Assembly (NCBI RefSeq): GCF_009914755.1
Contig: NC_060931.1
Reading direction: 5' to 3' (one strand)
DNA length: 64,000 nucleotides
DNA from: the human T2T-CHM13v2.0 reference genome, Homo sapiens
Part shown: positions 41,081-62,979 of the stretch, one piece after another
Layout of the letters: each line of letters opens with the position of its first letter
Numbering within the stretch: position 1 is the stretch's first letter
The notes under the pieces: model-generated
The model's input: only the letters and a program-made list of their open reading frames with translations
What the model was told of the DNA's origin: nothing
Databases searched by the model: none
Made by a program: the position numbers and the translations under genes

Positions 41081-43118
41081 ACCTGTGGGCAGTGTACTAC
41101 ACTATCTTCCTGTCCCATCCAGGTAAGCTGTCCACAGCAAAGGTCCTGGGCGGAGGCCACAGCGGGAAAGTTGCCTGAAGAGCGATGCATGGCCTTGGAC
41201 AAGGAAGCCCCAAGGAGGAGAACTGGGGCCTTGAGATGGCCATAGGTGGCCCCAGTGAGCAATACAGCGGCTGTAGCTTTGATGGGCATGTTTTTGGGCT
41301 GCACGGCCCTGGGAATCACCTCAGATTTATGAGTCAGAATAGATGTCCCGGCCCTAGGACAGGGGTCTGGGGTGAGGATTAAAGGGTGTGTCCTAGGGTC
41401 TGGGCACCACTGCTGTCTGGCTGCCCTGGCAACTGCCTCTGCCACCTCTGTCCCATGCCTTGAATGCCTCCCATCGTGAGCCCCTGAACTGTCCACACTC
41501 CTCTCTGCACCAGGGGCCAATAAGACTGTGGGGCAGGGCTCAGTGAGAATGGCAGCTGCCCCACCCTTCCCTTGCACATCCTAAAATGTGTCAAGGCCTG
41601 AGCTGGGACTGGCTAGCAGGCAGACAGGGGATGAAGGGCAGAGCAGGGGCATCTGATGTGGGGAGGCATCGGGAGTGGAGGCTGGTGAAATGCTCTGCCT
41701 TCTCTGGTCAGCTGAAGCCCTGCTGAGAAAGTACTGGGTCCCTATTGGAACCCACTCTCTGCACATCTGGAAATCTTTGGAAATAGACCAGAGACCAGGG
41801 TGCAGGTGTGCCATGGGACAAGGTGAAGACCCAGGATCACCTACACACCAGAGTCCACCCAGTAGGACAGGGTGCCCTGCCACTCACTTAGACTTCCACA
41901 GGGGCCTGACTGAGGGCTTGAGGGGCCAGGGTTCAGCCCTTGGTTGGGGGTGGGGTGCATATTGGGAGGGAAGCTCTGCCCTTTCATCTTCACCCCAGGC
42001 CCCTGCCCCTCATCCCAGTGATGCTCAGCTTCCTGGCATCCACCACACAGTAGTGCAGGGTGCTGCCTGCCAAGCGCTGGTCCAAGGTAGAGGTGGGGGT
42101 ACAGTGTCTGAGGATCCATGTGGGAGACCGCAGAGGAGAGGACCTGCCCTAGGCCTCTGACCTCCCACCCTGGCCCTCACCCCCAATCCCAGTGCTGGCT
42201 CCTGGATCCCAAAGGCTCAGAGCCCCTTGCAAGGTCTTCCCCCATGAGATCTGGGCCTCACTCCTTCTCCGCCTCTGCACCCTTGGACAGTCGAGGCTGG
42301 TGGGCCCACGTGGCCTCCACCAAACCCCTGAGTCTCCTGGGAGATATACCTGGAGCAAGAGGGGTGATTAACATACAGACCAGGACTTGCACTGGGGTAT
42401 GCAGGTCAGAGAATGCACACGCACAGGTGTGTAGGTGCCCAGCTCAGCGTCAGGCCCTTCCCAGCCCTGCCAGGGGCCAGGGGGAAAGCACTCCCTCCCC
42501 CCATTAGCTGCCACCAGCCTGCCTCCCGGGGCACTCAGAACACGCACGGTCCCCGGGCCAGCTCTGCCCCTCCCACCAGGAGGTATGGGCAAGAGACAGG
42601 AGGGCGACAGAATGGAAGAAAAGGGATTTCTTCCCTCTGCCTGCAACGTTCCCAGGGCCACAGGTCCCAAAGGACGGCCCCTCTGAGGGTGGAGGTGGTT
42701 CCCAGCTGATGCTAGGCCTTGGATGCCTGGAAACTCCACAGTGGCTTTCAGAACCCTGTCTACACCTTTGCAAGTGTCCACTTCACTCAACTCTCCTCTG
42801 TCCAATATCACCTGTGTCCTGCCAGGATCCTCACCTGGAGCCACCTAGTTGGAGCGTGGGCTCTCGGCCTGGGTCCCTGGGGTAGCCAGGGAGCCTGCTG
42901 GACATCACCAAACCCCTGGAGACAGTGCTCAGTCTCCCAAGAGCTGTGGGGGAAGCAGAAGAGGGACTGGCAGGACAATTGGAGGATGGCCCAGAAGAGC
43001 CAGGCTGGAGGGAGGGAGGGAGAGTGGAGAGAAGACGGCACTACCTTGCCTCTTGGTGAAGGATGCTTCTTGGATCTGTTCTTTTTCTTTCTTTTCTATT
43101 TAAAAAAAAATTACTTAG

Positions 43119-43464
<346 letters not shown>

Positions 43465-43591
43465 TTAAAATCTTTATTTTAGACACACTTGAAAGACTTC
43501 TTTAAAACAGTTAACATATATAAGTCTTTTGCTTAGGTACAAAGGAAAATACAAACCATATAAATTAGTTAAGCTTTTCCTAAAAAACTCC

Positions 43592-43817
43592 CTTTTTTTT
43601 TTTTTTATACAGGTTCAAGTGATTCTCCTGCCTCAGCCTTCCAAGTAGGGTGGACTACAGGCACGCAACACCATGCCCGAGTAATTTTTTGTGTTTTTAG
43701 TAGAGACGGGTTTCACCATGTTGACCAGGCTCGTCTTAAACTCCTGACCTCGGGTGATCCACCTGCCTCAGCCTCCCAAAGTGCTGGGATTACCTGCATG
43801 AGCCACTGTGCCCAGCC
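43592..43817 (-). mobile_element. Truncated Alu
   Basis: Antisense Alu consensus. Confidence 0.85.
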
Positions 43818-46800
43818 AAAACTTCTTGACGTTGAGAGTTTGAATCTTCTGAATCATGAAACATTTTTAAATTTTTACATTTACATACAGTAAAATTCAC
43901 TCTTTTTAGTGTACGGTTCTAGGAGTTTCGGCAAAGGTGGAGAGTTGTGTAAACACTGGCACAGTCAAGAGACAGAACCGTTCCCATCACTTCATGCCGT
44001 CCCTTAGTGGTCAGCCCTTCCCCACATCCGATCCCCTAATTTGTTCCCTGTTTCTTGATTTCTCTTGGGCCTGTTCCTGTAGTAAGGCAGCCGGGGTAGG
44101 GGGTGGCAGGCAGGCTCTTTGGGGGTCCATGATCATTCTTCTGGCACATGGGCCTCCTTCTCTACATAGACAACATGCCAGGGCCGGGGTGAGGAAGGAG
44201 GCCGCCAGCAGCCAGCTGCTTTCCATCCTTCCCCAGGCCCAGGGGAGGGAGCGGGAAAAAAGGAGGGCGTGTCCGGGGCAGCTGGGGGTGGGTCTATGGA
44301 TCTCTGGGCTGGGGGAGAGTGGGAACCCACATGGCTCCCTGGCTCTGCCTGGCCCAGGGAATCAGGCAGGACGGCTGGTCATGGTGAGGCAGCCGCCCAG
44401 AACCGCCAGAGCACTGGGCATGTTCTACGGAGCAGCTACTGCTATGTTGAGTATAATCACTTCCACAGTGTGTGTCAGGCACTGGGCCGGGCCTGATCCC
44501 CGCAACAGAACAGTTGCCCCGCAACAGTTCTTTGTTGCCGACGGTGTATCGTTAGTTCCATTTTACAACGAGGACACCCAGACTTGGAGAGGTTGAACAA
44601 CTTGCCGAGCTCATCCAGCTAGGACCTGAACCCAGGTCTGTCTGGTTCCCAAAGGATAAAATGTCGCTGATGGTTTAGTCTGGTTCAAGTGCCAGTGCCT
44701 CATGTCACTAGCTGCTGTGTGCCTTTGGGTAAACTGCCCCAACCTCCTGAGCTTGGCTGACTGTCCCCTGGTGCAGTCCTCTTGGGCTGTCCTATGGTCT
44801 GCTACTGCAAAGCAGAGCCTCCTTCGAGCCAGTGAAGAGGCACCATAAGCTCTTTCTTGCCTGAGCAGGCTGCCCTTTCTTCTTCCTAACTTCTCCTGCA
44901 CCCCTACTCCCTAACAACGGCCCTGGACAGGTTATCAGGGTATGTCAGTATCCCCATGGCTTTGGAGGTGCTGCTCCAGGAGAGAAAGGAGGAGGACAGG
45001 CCGGGAGACACAGAGGAGACCCGACCCTCGAGACAGGCATGGGTCGGTGGAGACGTTCCTGAATCCACAGGTCCACCGGCACACTCAGGGGCCCAGTCTG
45101 TCCGGCACAGGGGTCTGGATGGGCGTCAGAGTTCAGTTGGCTCCTGGCTTGGAGAATTGCAAAGCACCAAGGCTCCGGGACACTGGCCTAGTAAGAACCT
45201 GCCCCCAGAACCCTCTCTAATGAGGCCTGACACCCTCTTCTTCCCTGAGAGGGCTCAAGACAGGAGAGGGAGCCCTGGCCCATGGTCCCCGCCAGGGTTC
45301 TTCAGCCCCTAGGCTCTCCGCTTCCTTGAATTTCTGCTCCCAGAATCAGAGGCTATGGGAACAGGACAGACTCCTGGAGGGTGCCCCACCAAGAGCCCCC
45401 AAGGCCTGACCCATAGGGTCATAGTGTTGGCCCAGGGGTGAGCAGCTGGCAAGAGCCAAACACCAGGCCCTGCAACTCTGTGCAGCTGCCAGCCCCCAAG
45501 TGCTCCCTCTCCTTCCTGCCTCACACCTGAAATTCTCAACTTGCAACGCACCCCCACACCCTACCCGTCAGGGGCCAGAGAGGGACAGCCGGGATATGCC
45601 TCCTCATGGTTGAGTGTCGAGAGGCCACACGAGAGGAACGTCATACCCCACACCCCTCCCATGACCTAATACATCAGCGACTGCAGGCCAGAGAGTATTG
45701 GGGTCAGCCCTGGAGGGGTCCCCCACAGAGGGTAGCTCTGTCACCTCCCCACCACTCTGAGGAGAGCACCCCATGCCCTTGGGCTGGCCCTGCCATCCTG
45801 GAGAGAATCTAGTCTCTCCCCGTTTCCCATCTGAGCCCACCTGGGAGGGACCACCATCCTGCCCAGGAGCAGCCCTAGCCTTGGTTCTAAGCTGCAGAGG
45901 CTTGAGATGGATCTGGTTCAGAAATGCTTCAGAGTCTGAGGCTGGTGGCCCCCTTTACCCCACATCAAAGACGGGTGGACCTCGTGGGCCTGGCTGGGAC
46001 ACCTGCAGATGCTGAGCTTCAACAAGGCTCATTCTGGGACAAAAGTGCATACCGGAGGTCTTTGGCTGGTGCCTGTGGGGCTGGATTGGCATCTGTCCCC
46101 ACAAAGCAGTGGCCCTAGAAGGCTGGGGTCTCCAGCTAGACTTTGTCCTTTTCCCTTTCCTCCTTGTCCAGGTGCCTCATGCTCCACAGCGAGCCCTCGA
46201 GACATGCAGGAAGGATGGATGTCCCACCCCTTCCGTAACAGAGCCCAGGAGCAGGGAAGGAAGTGGTTTGAGCACAGTGCTGAGCTAAGCAAGTTTTAGA
46301 AGCACTGAATCAGACCACGTGCAGCCAGTAGGGGAGGAGAGAAACTCTGGGCCGGTGTCCTGGAGGCCCGCGGGGGACAGGGGCACAGAGGCGCAGACTC
46401 AGGATGCTGAGCTGGGAGAGGAATCCCGGAGGAAAGTGAGAGGGCTTCAGCACGTTTATTTAAAGGGGATGGTGAGAAATCTAGGAAAGAGTGAAATCCC
46501 AAGATCTGAGGGTTTAAGTGAGAGAGGTAGGTAGAGACTGGAGTTTTGGGGGAGTTCCCGTGGGTTTCAGGGCTTGCTTGAGCTGTGGATCCAAGGCCTG
46601 GAGGACAGGGTGGGGCCAGAACAGATTCCACCGACAAGGGCAGGAGCCAGGTTGCAGGCATCAGAGAGGACAGGTGACCTGTCGGGGCCTGGAGCAAGGG
46701 CCCGGGCAGCTTCCTCCACAGGCCATGTGAAGACAGAGCCATGGATTGGGAAAGGTGGAGACTCCGAGTGTAGAGGTGTCCATGTAACAGTGCTGGCTGA

Positions 46801-46899
46801 ATGGGGGACTTCCAGGTCACACCCCAAAAAGCTCTGAGCCGGTGTTAGTAAGAAATGGGGAGGAAGGTCCAGCTGTGGCGCCCTGGGCATTAATCCTAA

Positions 46900-47296
<397 letters not shown>

Positions 47297-48784
47297 TAAA
47301 ATCTAAATCAGACTATGTCATGCCTCAGATCTGAACCTTTCAGTGACTGTCCCTAGCAAAGCCATAGCCTGTGAGGTGCCCCTCAAGGCCTCACCCGATT
47401 TCATTACTTGAGGATTTATCGTCTATCTTACTCTGCAGAATGGAAGCTCCAGGAGGGCAGGGGTTTTTAGACAAAGTAGAAATTGTCCACCACTTTATCC
47501 TGGCAGGTACAACATGCCCGATAAGCATTGTTGAATGTAGACTCACAGCCAATTCGTGACACTGGTGTCACCATTCTCCTTTACAGATGGGAAATGGGGC
47601 TTCTGGGGGAGTGAATGGCTTGCTTAGGTCACGCAATTCTAGATTGCAGAGTGAGGATTTGACTCAGACCTGTTGACCTCAGAGCCTGATGTCCAGCCAA
47701 CAAGTTCTCAGAAACTCGGGGTTTCTGAGAAATAGGACAGTCAGCCTGGGGACCCCTGAGAGCCCAGGCCGAGGGGGTGGGTTTCCTGGGGTAGAGGTTT
47801 TGAGAGGCAAAGGCAGTTGTCATCAACCCAGGCTGCACTGAAGGGGGCTGTTCCAGAGCCAGGGTGCATTGTTCAGCTGCCCAATGGGCCTCTGGGTTTC
47901 TTTCAGTTCCCTTTGGTGACACGGCTTCCCTCCTCCCCCCTGCTCCCCACCCCAGCCACCCCACTCTACACTCGCTCACACAGCGTAGCTTCTACTCGAG
48001 TCAGGGGAGGGTGCCTCCTACCACACCCTCAGTCTGTGATATTCCAGCCAGGGGAAATGGGGGAAGGGGCCATCTCACTGTGGGGAGTGGGGGGCCTGGA
48101 CAGACCTCCCTGTCCCCACCGCCTCCTGGCCCATCAAGGGGAAATGGGAGTGCTCACACAAGGGCCGGGTGTGGCTTCACTTCCCCTCTACTTGCCCTTC
48201 CACCCCCAGGATGGCACTGGGAGGCCAAGGGATCCCAGATCCTGGAAACACTGGAGTGCTGCTCTCTGTCCTTCCTTTCTCCTGGGCCATGTCTCTGGCC
48301 CCAGATGATTCTTGGCTCAGGTTCTTTCAGTTGAGGGAAGTCAGGATCTGAGCCAAGCTGAGCCCCTGCATAGCCTCTATCCCGGGAGCCCCATATCAAT
48401 GCTGCCGGCTTGGTAACATCATCCCCCTTTTAGAGACGAGGAAATGAGATTTGAGGTCCTACTTAAGGCCACTTGGCTGGAATACAGCAAAGCCAGGTGC
48501 AAGCCCCTTCTCTGCACGCAGCCTGTGCTGCTTCTTGAGGTTCAGAGGCTCTAAGGAAGGGGCCTCACCTGAGCAAGATGGACAGTGGGAAGGGGGCAGA
48601 GGGCAGAATTCTAGGGTCTCACGGTCCCTCAGAATGGGTGAGGAGTATTTGATAACAAAAGAAGGCTCTTCTTAGCTATTGCTCCAGATACGACCAGCAT
48701 AGAATATTTTTCTATTAAGCATAACTGACCTCCAGTGAAAAAGGTTCCCATTTTGTGGGGAGCCACTTTTGAAATAGCAATTTC

Positions 48785-49062
48785 ATTTTATTATTATTAT
48801 TTTGAGATAAGATCTCACTTCTACGCCCAGGCTGGAGTGCGGTGGTGTGCCTCCTGGGTTCAAGCAATTCTCCCACCTCAGCCTCCCAAGTAGGTGGAAC
48901 TATAGGTGTGTGTCACCACGCCAGGCTAATTTTTGTATTTTTTGTAGAGACAAGGTTTTGCCATATTGCCCAGGCTGGTCTCGAACTCTTGGACTCAAGT
49001 GATCTGCCTGCCTTAGCCTCTCAAAGTGTTGGGATTACAAATGTGAGCCACCGTGCCTGGCC
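48785..49062 (-). mobile_element. Alu (AluJ-like)
   Basis: Antisense Alu; tagcaatttcatttt target duplication. Confidence 0.85.
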
Positions 49063-49346
49063 TAGCAATTTCATTTTTAAAGAAAGAAATATAAAACGAT
49101 CTACCCATTCACATTTTCCCCATCCATACTTTAAATTTTAAAAATATGAAATAATGAAATACTCAGCAGATACAAATAATAAAATACTTATATATAATGA
49201 TATTTCGACTTCATATTAGGGCTTCAAAGGTCAGGAAAGAGGGAGAGATACAGAAGAGAAAAAAAAAAACGTTAACACATGAGTGTCTTTTTTTAACTTG
49301 TTAAAGGTAAAGTTCAACCCAGGAGAAGGGAGGGGAGGGAAGGTCA

Positions 49347-50023
<677 letters not shown>

Positions 50024-50449
50024 AAATCATAAGCAAAATCAACCAGGAAGCTATTTGCACCCTGGAACCCCACCTGGGAGGGGAAGTCAAGGCAGACTTT
50101 CCAGAGAAGGCGATGCTGAAAATTTCAGAAACAGAAATTTTGAAGAGCAAGAGTTACCAAGCGAAGAACATTCCATGAGAAGGAACAGGAGGTGTGTGAA
50201 GGTGGAGGTTCTGGGGTGAGGTTCTTTATGGAATCGAAAACGGTTCAGAACCACAGGTCGACGGTCAAGGTAGTAGTGAGAGGAGGTGGGACAGGCGACC
50301 ACGCCGCTGCCCCTGGGATGACTGGAAGGCGACTTAGGGGAGCTGGGGCGAGACAGGTGCAGGGTTTGAGGATGAGAAAGGCACAGAGTGACTAGAGGAT
50401 TCCCGCCTGCAAGCACATCTGGAAGGGGTGTCTGGATCCTGGGGGCAGC

Positions 50450-52050
50450 GACTGTGTTCTAGGGCGAGAGCCACCCTCGCCAGGGGTGTAGGCAGGCGAG
50501 AGGAGGGCCTGGAGCTGTGGGTCGGCCACACTGCGCCCTCATTTGTGTGCAGCCCCGGAGGACCAGAGTGGGGAAGCACCCCACCCTCTCCCAGGGCCCA
50601 ACTGAGCACTGCAGCGGGAGGTACGGGGTTGTCAAATGACAGTTTTGCCATTCCAGATTGCCAAAAGAGCCAGTGGCCAGTCTAGGGCACCGCGCCGTCT
50701 GGCATCTCCCTGGAGGCCCTGGGCCTGGCCCGAGGCTCAGCCCGGATCTGCAGTTGCCAGGTCAGTGCGGGGCCCGGAGTGGATTCGCGGGGCGGGGCGG
50801 GGCACTGCCCGCGCCCGGAGCTCAGCAGCAGCTGCCCAGGGGCGGGGGCGGCAAGACGCGGAAGTGCCCGGCAGGTTGGCGGACCGGCGGGAGGCGCAGC
50901 CTGGGCAGAGCTCAGCTTGGTCCCGCCGCCCGGCCGGTGCTCCCTGGCGCAGCCACGCAGGCGCACCGCAGACAGGTGGGTCCCGGCCGCCGCGCTCTCC
51001 TCTCTGCGTCCGCGCCCGGCGCGCCCCGAGGGTGGCGGGAGCGGTGCCGGCTACTGCCCCCAAGTCTAGGCCTAGACTGGGCCCCGCGCCCCCCAGGCAC
51101 CTGCGGGCGGCGGGATGAAGACTGGAGTAGGGCGGGGTCCGCGTCCAGCTGCGCCTGGAAAGCGAGCTCGGGGGGGTGCCTACAGCAGGGTGCGCCCGGC
51201 CGGCCTGGGACTTCCAAAGCGCCTCCCACGCCCCGATCGGTTTGGGGTGCTGGCGCCCGGGGAGCCCAGTGACCCAGGCGGCGGAGTGGGCAGCGCTGCG
51301 GGGGGCGCCGGCTCTGCTGCTCTCCCTCCCCCTCGCCATCGCCCAGAATGGGGGTTCCCGGGAGCCCCGCTGGAGGCTGGCTTGGACCACAGAGGAGCGA
51401 GGCCCGATCCTTACTTTCGATGCACTCGCCCTTGCTCTTACCGGGCCACCCTCACCCTTTCGGAAAAGAGGTTGAGGTTAAAGCGTTCATCCCCCGGGAT
51501 CTTCAGGCCAATGGCAGGAACTGTGCAAGAGTTTGGGGGAAGATGGTGTCAGGTAGAGGCTGCGTCCCTGGGCTCGCGGCCGGGAATGGCAGACTCTCGT
51601 CCCCCGAGCAGCGGAAAAGGATGGGGCGCAATAGTTCCTGGGCTGGTTTCCTCAGGTCCTGTCCCAGAACTTAAGAAGGCAACAATGAAGAGGCTAAACG
51701 TGGAGGAAAAGTGAGGCTAGCATGGCCGGGATGCGTGGGGAGATGGTTGTCTCCGGACCCCGGGAGGGGCGGGAGCGGGTACCTGGGAGCAGAGGCTGGA
51801 GTGGGGGACTTTCCCAGCCTCGCGGCCACGCTGAACACAGCAGGGCGAGGACCGGGGTGCTGCTCCTCCAGCAGCAGGAGGAGAGGTCCAGAGGCCGACT
51901 CTGGAGGTGGGGGTGGCTCCGCGGGCTGGCCCAGGGGGTGTGCCCCAGCGGAGCACGCGGGAGGGGTGGGGGCGGAGGGGAGGGGGGAGCAGGGGCGGAG
52001 GACTGGGCTGGGCCTGGGCTCCTCGAGGGCCCAGAATGGGGATAAGTGAC
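50450..52050 (+). promoter_or_regulatory. IRF5: IRF5 promoter CpG island with non-coding first exons 1D (donor 50761), 1A (donor 50976) and 1B (donor site 51172)
   Basis: CpG-dense; ccag|gtcagt; gacag|gtgggt; (CGGGG)3 Sp1 boxes 50788-50802; Ets CGGAAGTG 50859-50866. Confidence 0.88.
51805..51814 (+). promoter_or_regulatory. Canonical NF-kB site GGGACTTTCC
   Basis: Exact Ig-kappa kB motif; further kB-like sites at ~52203 and ~52239. Confidence 0.65.
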
Positions 52051-53560
52051 CAGAACCAGAGAGGGCTCGGCTGTATCGATGTAGGAAACTGTAGCCCCTC
52101 AGGAGGCCCTCTGGCAAGACCTCCCCTTCCTGCCCCCACCCCCAGTAGTTATGGGGCCTGGGGTGCTGGGGCTGAGGGGTTCCAAGAGTCAAGGGAAGCA
52201 CTGGGAAATCACCCCTTTTTATCTAAAGGCCCTACTTTGGGGTTTTTCCCCTGTACCCTGGTCTTCCCCTACCCTGACCCTGGGAGGAAGCTGAAAGAAG
52301 CTTCTTTCTGGGCACCTTTTGCCCCAGAGCCTCAGCCTGTCTGGACCAGGTGGGCAGCAGGGCCCAGGGTGTGGGCAGCTGACCCGGAGGGGTGGGATTT
52401 GGGGGTCAGGGCCTGTACAGGGAACCCCTTGTCCTCTCCCTGAGCTGGGTGTGGGTTTGCAAGGAGACATGTGACCCAGACCAACCCTGGGAGCAGCAGG
52501 GCGCCTGCTGTCTGGCCACTCTTACTAGGACTGCTGTGGCACTTCCTCCCCTAGTGGGTCCCTGGTGCCCATGAATTGCAGCTCCTGGGTGGTGGTGGGG
52601 GCACTGTCTCCTGGGACTCCAGCATGGCCCTGGGGTGAGCTGTGGGCTTACCCCACCTCAGCAGGTCCTCTAGGGCTGCCCACTGGATGCTTCGCTGCCT
52701 CACACAATTGTAGGGACTTCCTCAGGCTGTTGGATTTCCCCACCTTCCGGGGCTCAGGTCCATTGACTTAGGTCTAGGGCTCCATACATTTCACCCAGAG
52801 ACTCCGGAGCCTGGCAGGCAGACCTGTTCTGACACCGAACTTCCAAAGTCATGGGCCTTGATTGGGGTGGTCTGAATTAGACCTAGCCCTTTTCTGGGCA
52901 GAAGGGAGCTTCTAGGAGGATGGATGCTGTTCGGGTTAGAGCTCGTGTGGACCTAGCTGCAGGCAAAAGCCTTGAGGCTGAGTCCCTTCTGTGGCATGGT
53001 GGACAGACTCTCGCTCATCACAGCCGGGCTTGTCACGGGAGCTCCTCCTCCACACCCCTCCCTAAGCTGCCTGTATGGACGCGGCCCTCTGACACTGAGG
53101 TCGGAGTTATCATTTCAAAACCTTGCTCTGTATTAAACAGCCGTGTTGGGCAGGGCCAGACTGCTGGACTGACAGTAGGGGGCAGGCAGCCGGACCCTCT
53201 GAGCTCCCCAACGGCACCAGCGCCTGCACGGCCTCAGCCCAGGGGGTCATTAGGGAAGCTCTCCCCGATTCTGTGCAGACAGAGCTTCCTCTGTCCACCC
53301 TTGCTCGGCCAGAATTGTGTGCCGCTGGTGACTGGCACCCCTCTATTCTAGGGCCAAGGCCTCTCAGGGGTCTACAGATACAACTATGGGTGGGTGCACA
53401 CCCATGTTATAAACCACACTAAATGCACAAAAACTGTCTGCAAGTTTGGGGTGCGGGGAACAGCTCTGGGTGGGAGGTTGGAAATTTGGTCTGGGGGACC
53501 CACTCGGCTCCCTCCCTCAGCCCACAGTGAGTCTGGTTTCTGAGTTGTCCCTGTCTAGCC

Positions 53561-53574
53561 ACTTTCGTTTCCCC
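53561..53574 (-). promoter_or_regulatory. ISRE/EICE-type element upstream of IRF5 exon 1C
   Basis: Reverse complement GGGGAAACGAAAGT (GGAA-nn-GAAA). Confidence 0.7.
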
Positions 53575-53599
53575 TGGGGCCGGGTGGAGGCTGGGGCAG

Positions 53600-53801
53600 A
53601 AAGCGGAACTGAGCCCGCGTGTTCTGAGGCCAGGGCAGGGCTGGAGCGTTCTGAACACCTCCCCGTCCCAGCCCCTGGGCCAGGCAAGGGCCGGCCTTAC
53701 CTCTCCTGGGTTGGTGGCAGCAGAGCTGGGCTCTGAGGGAGGCCTGCAATGTGAGACAGTAGCAGCTCAGAGGCGGCACTAGGCAGGTGCAACCCCAAAA
53801 G
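53600..53801 (+). other. IRF5: IRF5 non-coding exon 1C (start approximate)
   Basis: Donor ccccaaaag|gtactg at 53802; IRF element just upstream; recalled gene structure. Confidence 0.65.
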
Positions 53802-55007
53802 GTACTGGGCAGGGAATTTCAGGGGAAACTGAGGCTCCATGCTGCAAGGCCAAAGCAGGCCCAGACACAGGGAGTTCAGCTCGAACGTTTGCTCCTTACT
53901 TGCTGACCGACACATTCACTTCTGATGGGCTGTGCTGTGTAATGACCCAGTCCTTTCTGTCTTCCACCCAGGGGTCTCAAGTGAAGGGCCAAGGGCATGG
54001 GTAAGGGGAGGAGAGGGACAGAAGGGGACTCAGGACTGTGGAGAGTTTCCGGTTCTGGGCTGGAGAGGGAGTTGGGCAGGTGAAGGGGAGGAGGCAGGGT
54101 CCCTCTGGCCTGACTCCAGGGAGGCAGTGAAGCTGTGGCCTGGGAGGCGGGGCTCGTGCCCCTGGGTAGGTAGCAGTTAGAGCTGTGGCTTCTGTTTCCT
54201 GTAGCCTTCCTAACAGGCTCCGGCAGGCGTTAGGGCCTTCCTAAGTGCTACCCGAATGCGTGTCCAGTGGGAGGAGAAGGGGGAGGACCAAGAACCTAGA
54301 TGAATGGCCCTAGAGAGGTAACATCTGTTTGGTGCCTGCTGTCATTGGAGGTGGGTTGAGTTGGTTGATGGGATTTCTCTAAAGATATTGAGAAACTGCT
54401 TTCCTCTGAGGGCAGGTGTCCTTGGGAGCTCCAGATGAGATTCTTGTTGAGGGCATCTCCGGAGGGAACTCTCAGGGGATGGAGGGTGAGAAAACTTGGG
54501 CAGGGAAGAATCGAACTAGGGGTGTAGACTGAGCAGGAGGCTGTCTTCGGGCTGATCCCACAGAGCGCTCGCTGTCCCAGGTAGCCAGCTTGAGACAAGA
54601 CAGCCGGGCTTTTGGTGTCAGGCAGTCACTGGCTGTGGGCTGCCCCCCAAGAGCAAGGGGTGGGCCTAACCTGTGGTGTGAGTAGTGGAAGGCGGTTCTC
54701 TGGCCAGCGGGCTGCTTGCTGCTGTTAGCAGTTGGAGAATGGATGCCTCTGCCCGGTAAAGGGCACCTGGGGCCGCGCCCGCAGCATTCACTAACTCGTA
54801 ACTCTCCTTCCCTTCCTCCAAACACAAAATTCCATGACACTAGACAAGAAAGCTGATGCTTGGAAAAGAGAATTGGCCTTAAATACCTAGATGGACTGGA
54901 GAGACCATCCTTTGTGGTCCATAGCTTGACCTCTGAGTACCCTGTCCCCATCCACCTGCAGACCTGCTGAGGCTCCCCTCTGGCTTTCTCCTGCAGACCC
55001 CTCTGCC

Positions 55008-61707
<6,700 letters not shown>

Positions 61708-62258
61708 CAAGGCTGCAGACGGTGACTGGCCCTGGCTTCCTGGGTGGCGGTGCGGACTGATGTGGAGATGTGACAGCCCCGATGAGCACCTGGCTGGCTG
61801 CAGGGTCCTACCTCTGGGTTTCCTGGAAGTGGATTTGGGCCAAGAAGGAGAGGGAGAAAGGCCCGAGCCCCTGCCTTCCCGGGCCTTTCTCTCCTGGGCT
61901 GTCTCTGGTCTGGTCAGCCTGGCTCTCGGGAAATTCAGCCATGAGCAGGGAAAGAACTCTCCCAACCCTGGGGCCTAGCTGTATAGGAGGAATTGCCTAA
62001 GGGTGGCCCACTCTTGTGATTGCCCCATTTCCTCTGGCAACAAAAGCCAGAGTGTTGTGGGCCAAGTCCCCCCACAGGGCCTCTGCAGGGCATGGCCCTG
62101 ATTTCCCTGGTTTGAGACTCACTTCCTCATCTCCCTGTCCTCTGAGATAATATGAGTGAGCACTTAGGTATCATATCAGATGCTCAAGGCTGGCAGCTAC
62201 CCCCTTCTTGAGAGTCCAAGAACCTGGAGCAGAAATAATTTTTATGTATTTTTGGATT

Positions 62259-62264
62259 AATAAA
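62259..62264 (+). terminator. IRF5 proximal poly(A) signal AATAAA (polymorphic site, A allele)
   Basis: ggattAATAAAtgtt, U-rich upstream and GU/U-rich downstream. Confidence 0.85.
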
Positions 62265-62684
62265 TGTTAAAAACAGACTCAGCTGTTTCTTTCCTTTTAC
62301 TACTACCAGTTGCTCCCATGCTACTCCACCAGGCCCTGTTTCGGATGCCAACTGGCCCACTCCCCAAGCACTTGCCCCCAGCTTGCGACCATTGGCACTG
62401 GGAGGGCCTGGCTTCTGGGCTGATGGGTCAGTTGGGCCTTCATAAACACTCACCTGGCTGGCTTTGCTTTCCAGGAGGAAGCTGGCTGAAGCAAGGGTGT
62501 GGAATTTTAAATGTGTGCACAGTCTGGAAAACTGTCAGAATCAGTTTTCCCATAAAAGGGTGGGCTAGCATTGCAGCTGCATTTGGGACCATTCAAATCT
62601 GTCACTCTCTTGTGTATATTCCTGTGCTATTAAATATATCAGGGCAGTGCATGTAAATCATCCTGATATATTTAATATATTTAT

Positions 62685-62970
62685 TATATTGTCCCCCGAG
62701 GTGGGGACAGTGAGTGAGTTCTCTTAGTCCCCCCAGAGCTGGTTGTTAAAGAGCCTGGCACCTACCCGCTCTCACTTCATCTGTGTCATCTCTGCACACT
62801 CCAGCCCACTTTCTGCCTTCAGCCATTGAGTGGAAGCTGCCCCAGGCCCTTACCAGGTGCAGATGCCCAATCTTGATGCCCAGCCATCAGAACTGTGAGC
62901 CAAATAAACCTTTTTCTGTATAAATTACCCAGCCTCGGGTCTTCGTTTACAGCAACGCAAAATAGATTAA
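62685..62970 (+). mobile_element. MST-type MaLR LTR fragment carrying the distal IRF5 poly(A) signal (AATAAA 62903-62908)
   Basis: cagccatcagaactgtgagccaaataaacc...taaattacccagcctc...tttacagcaacgcaaaa. Confidence 0.75.
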
Positions 62971-62979
62971 ACCCCCATA

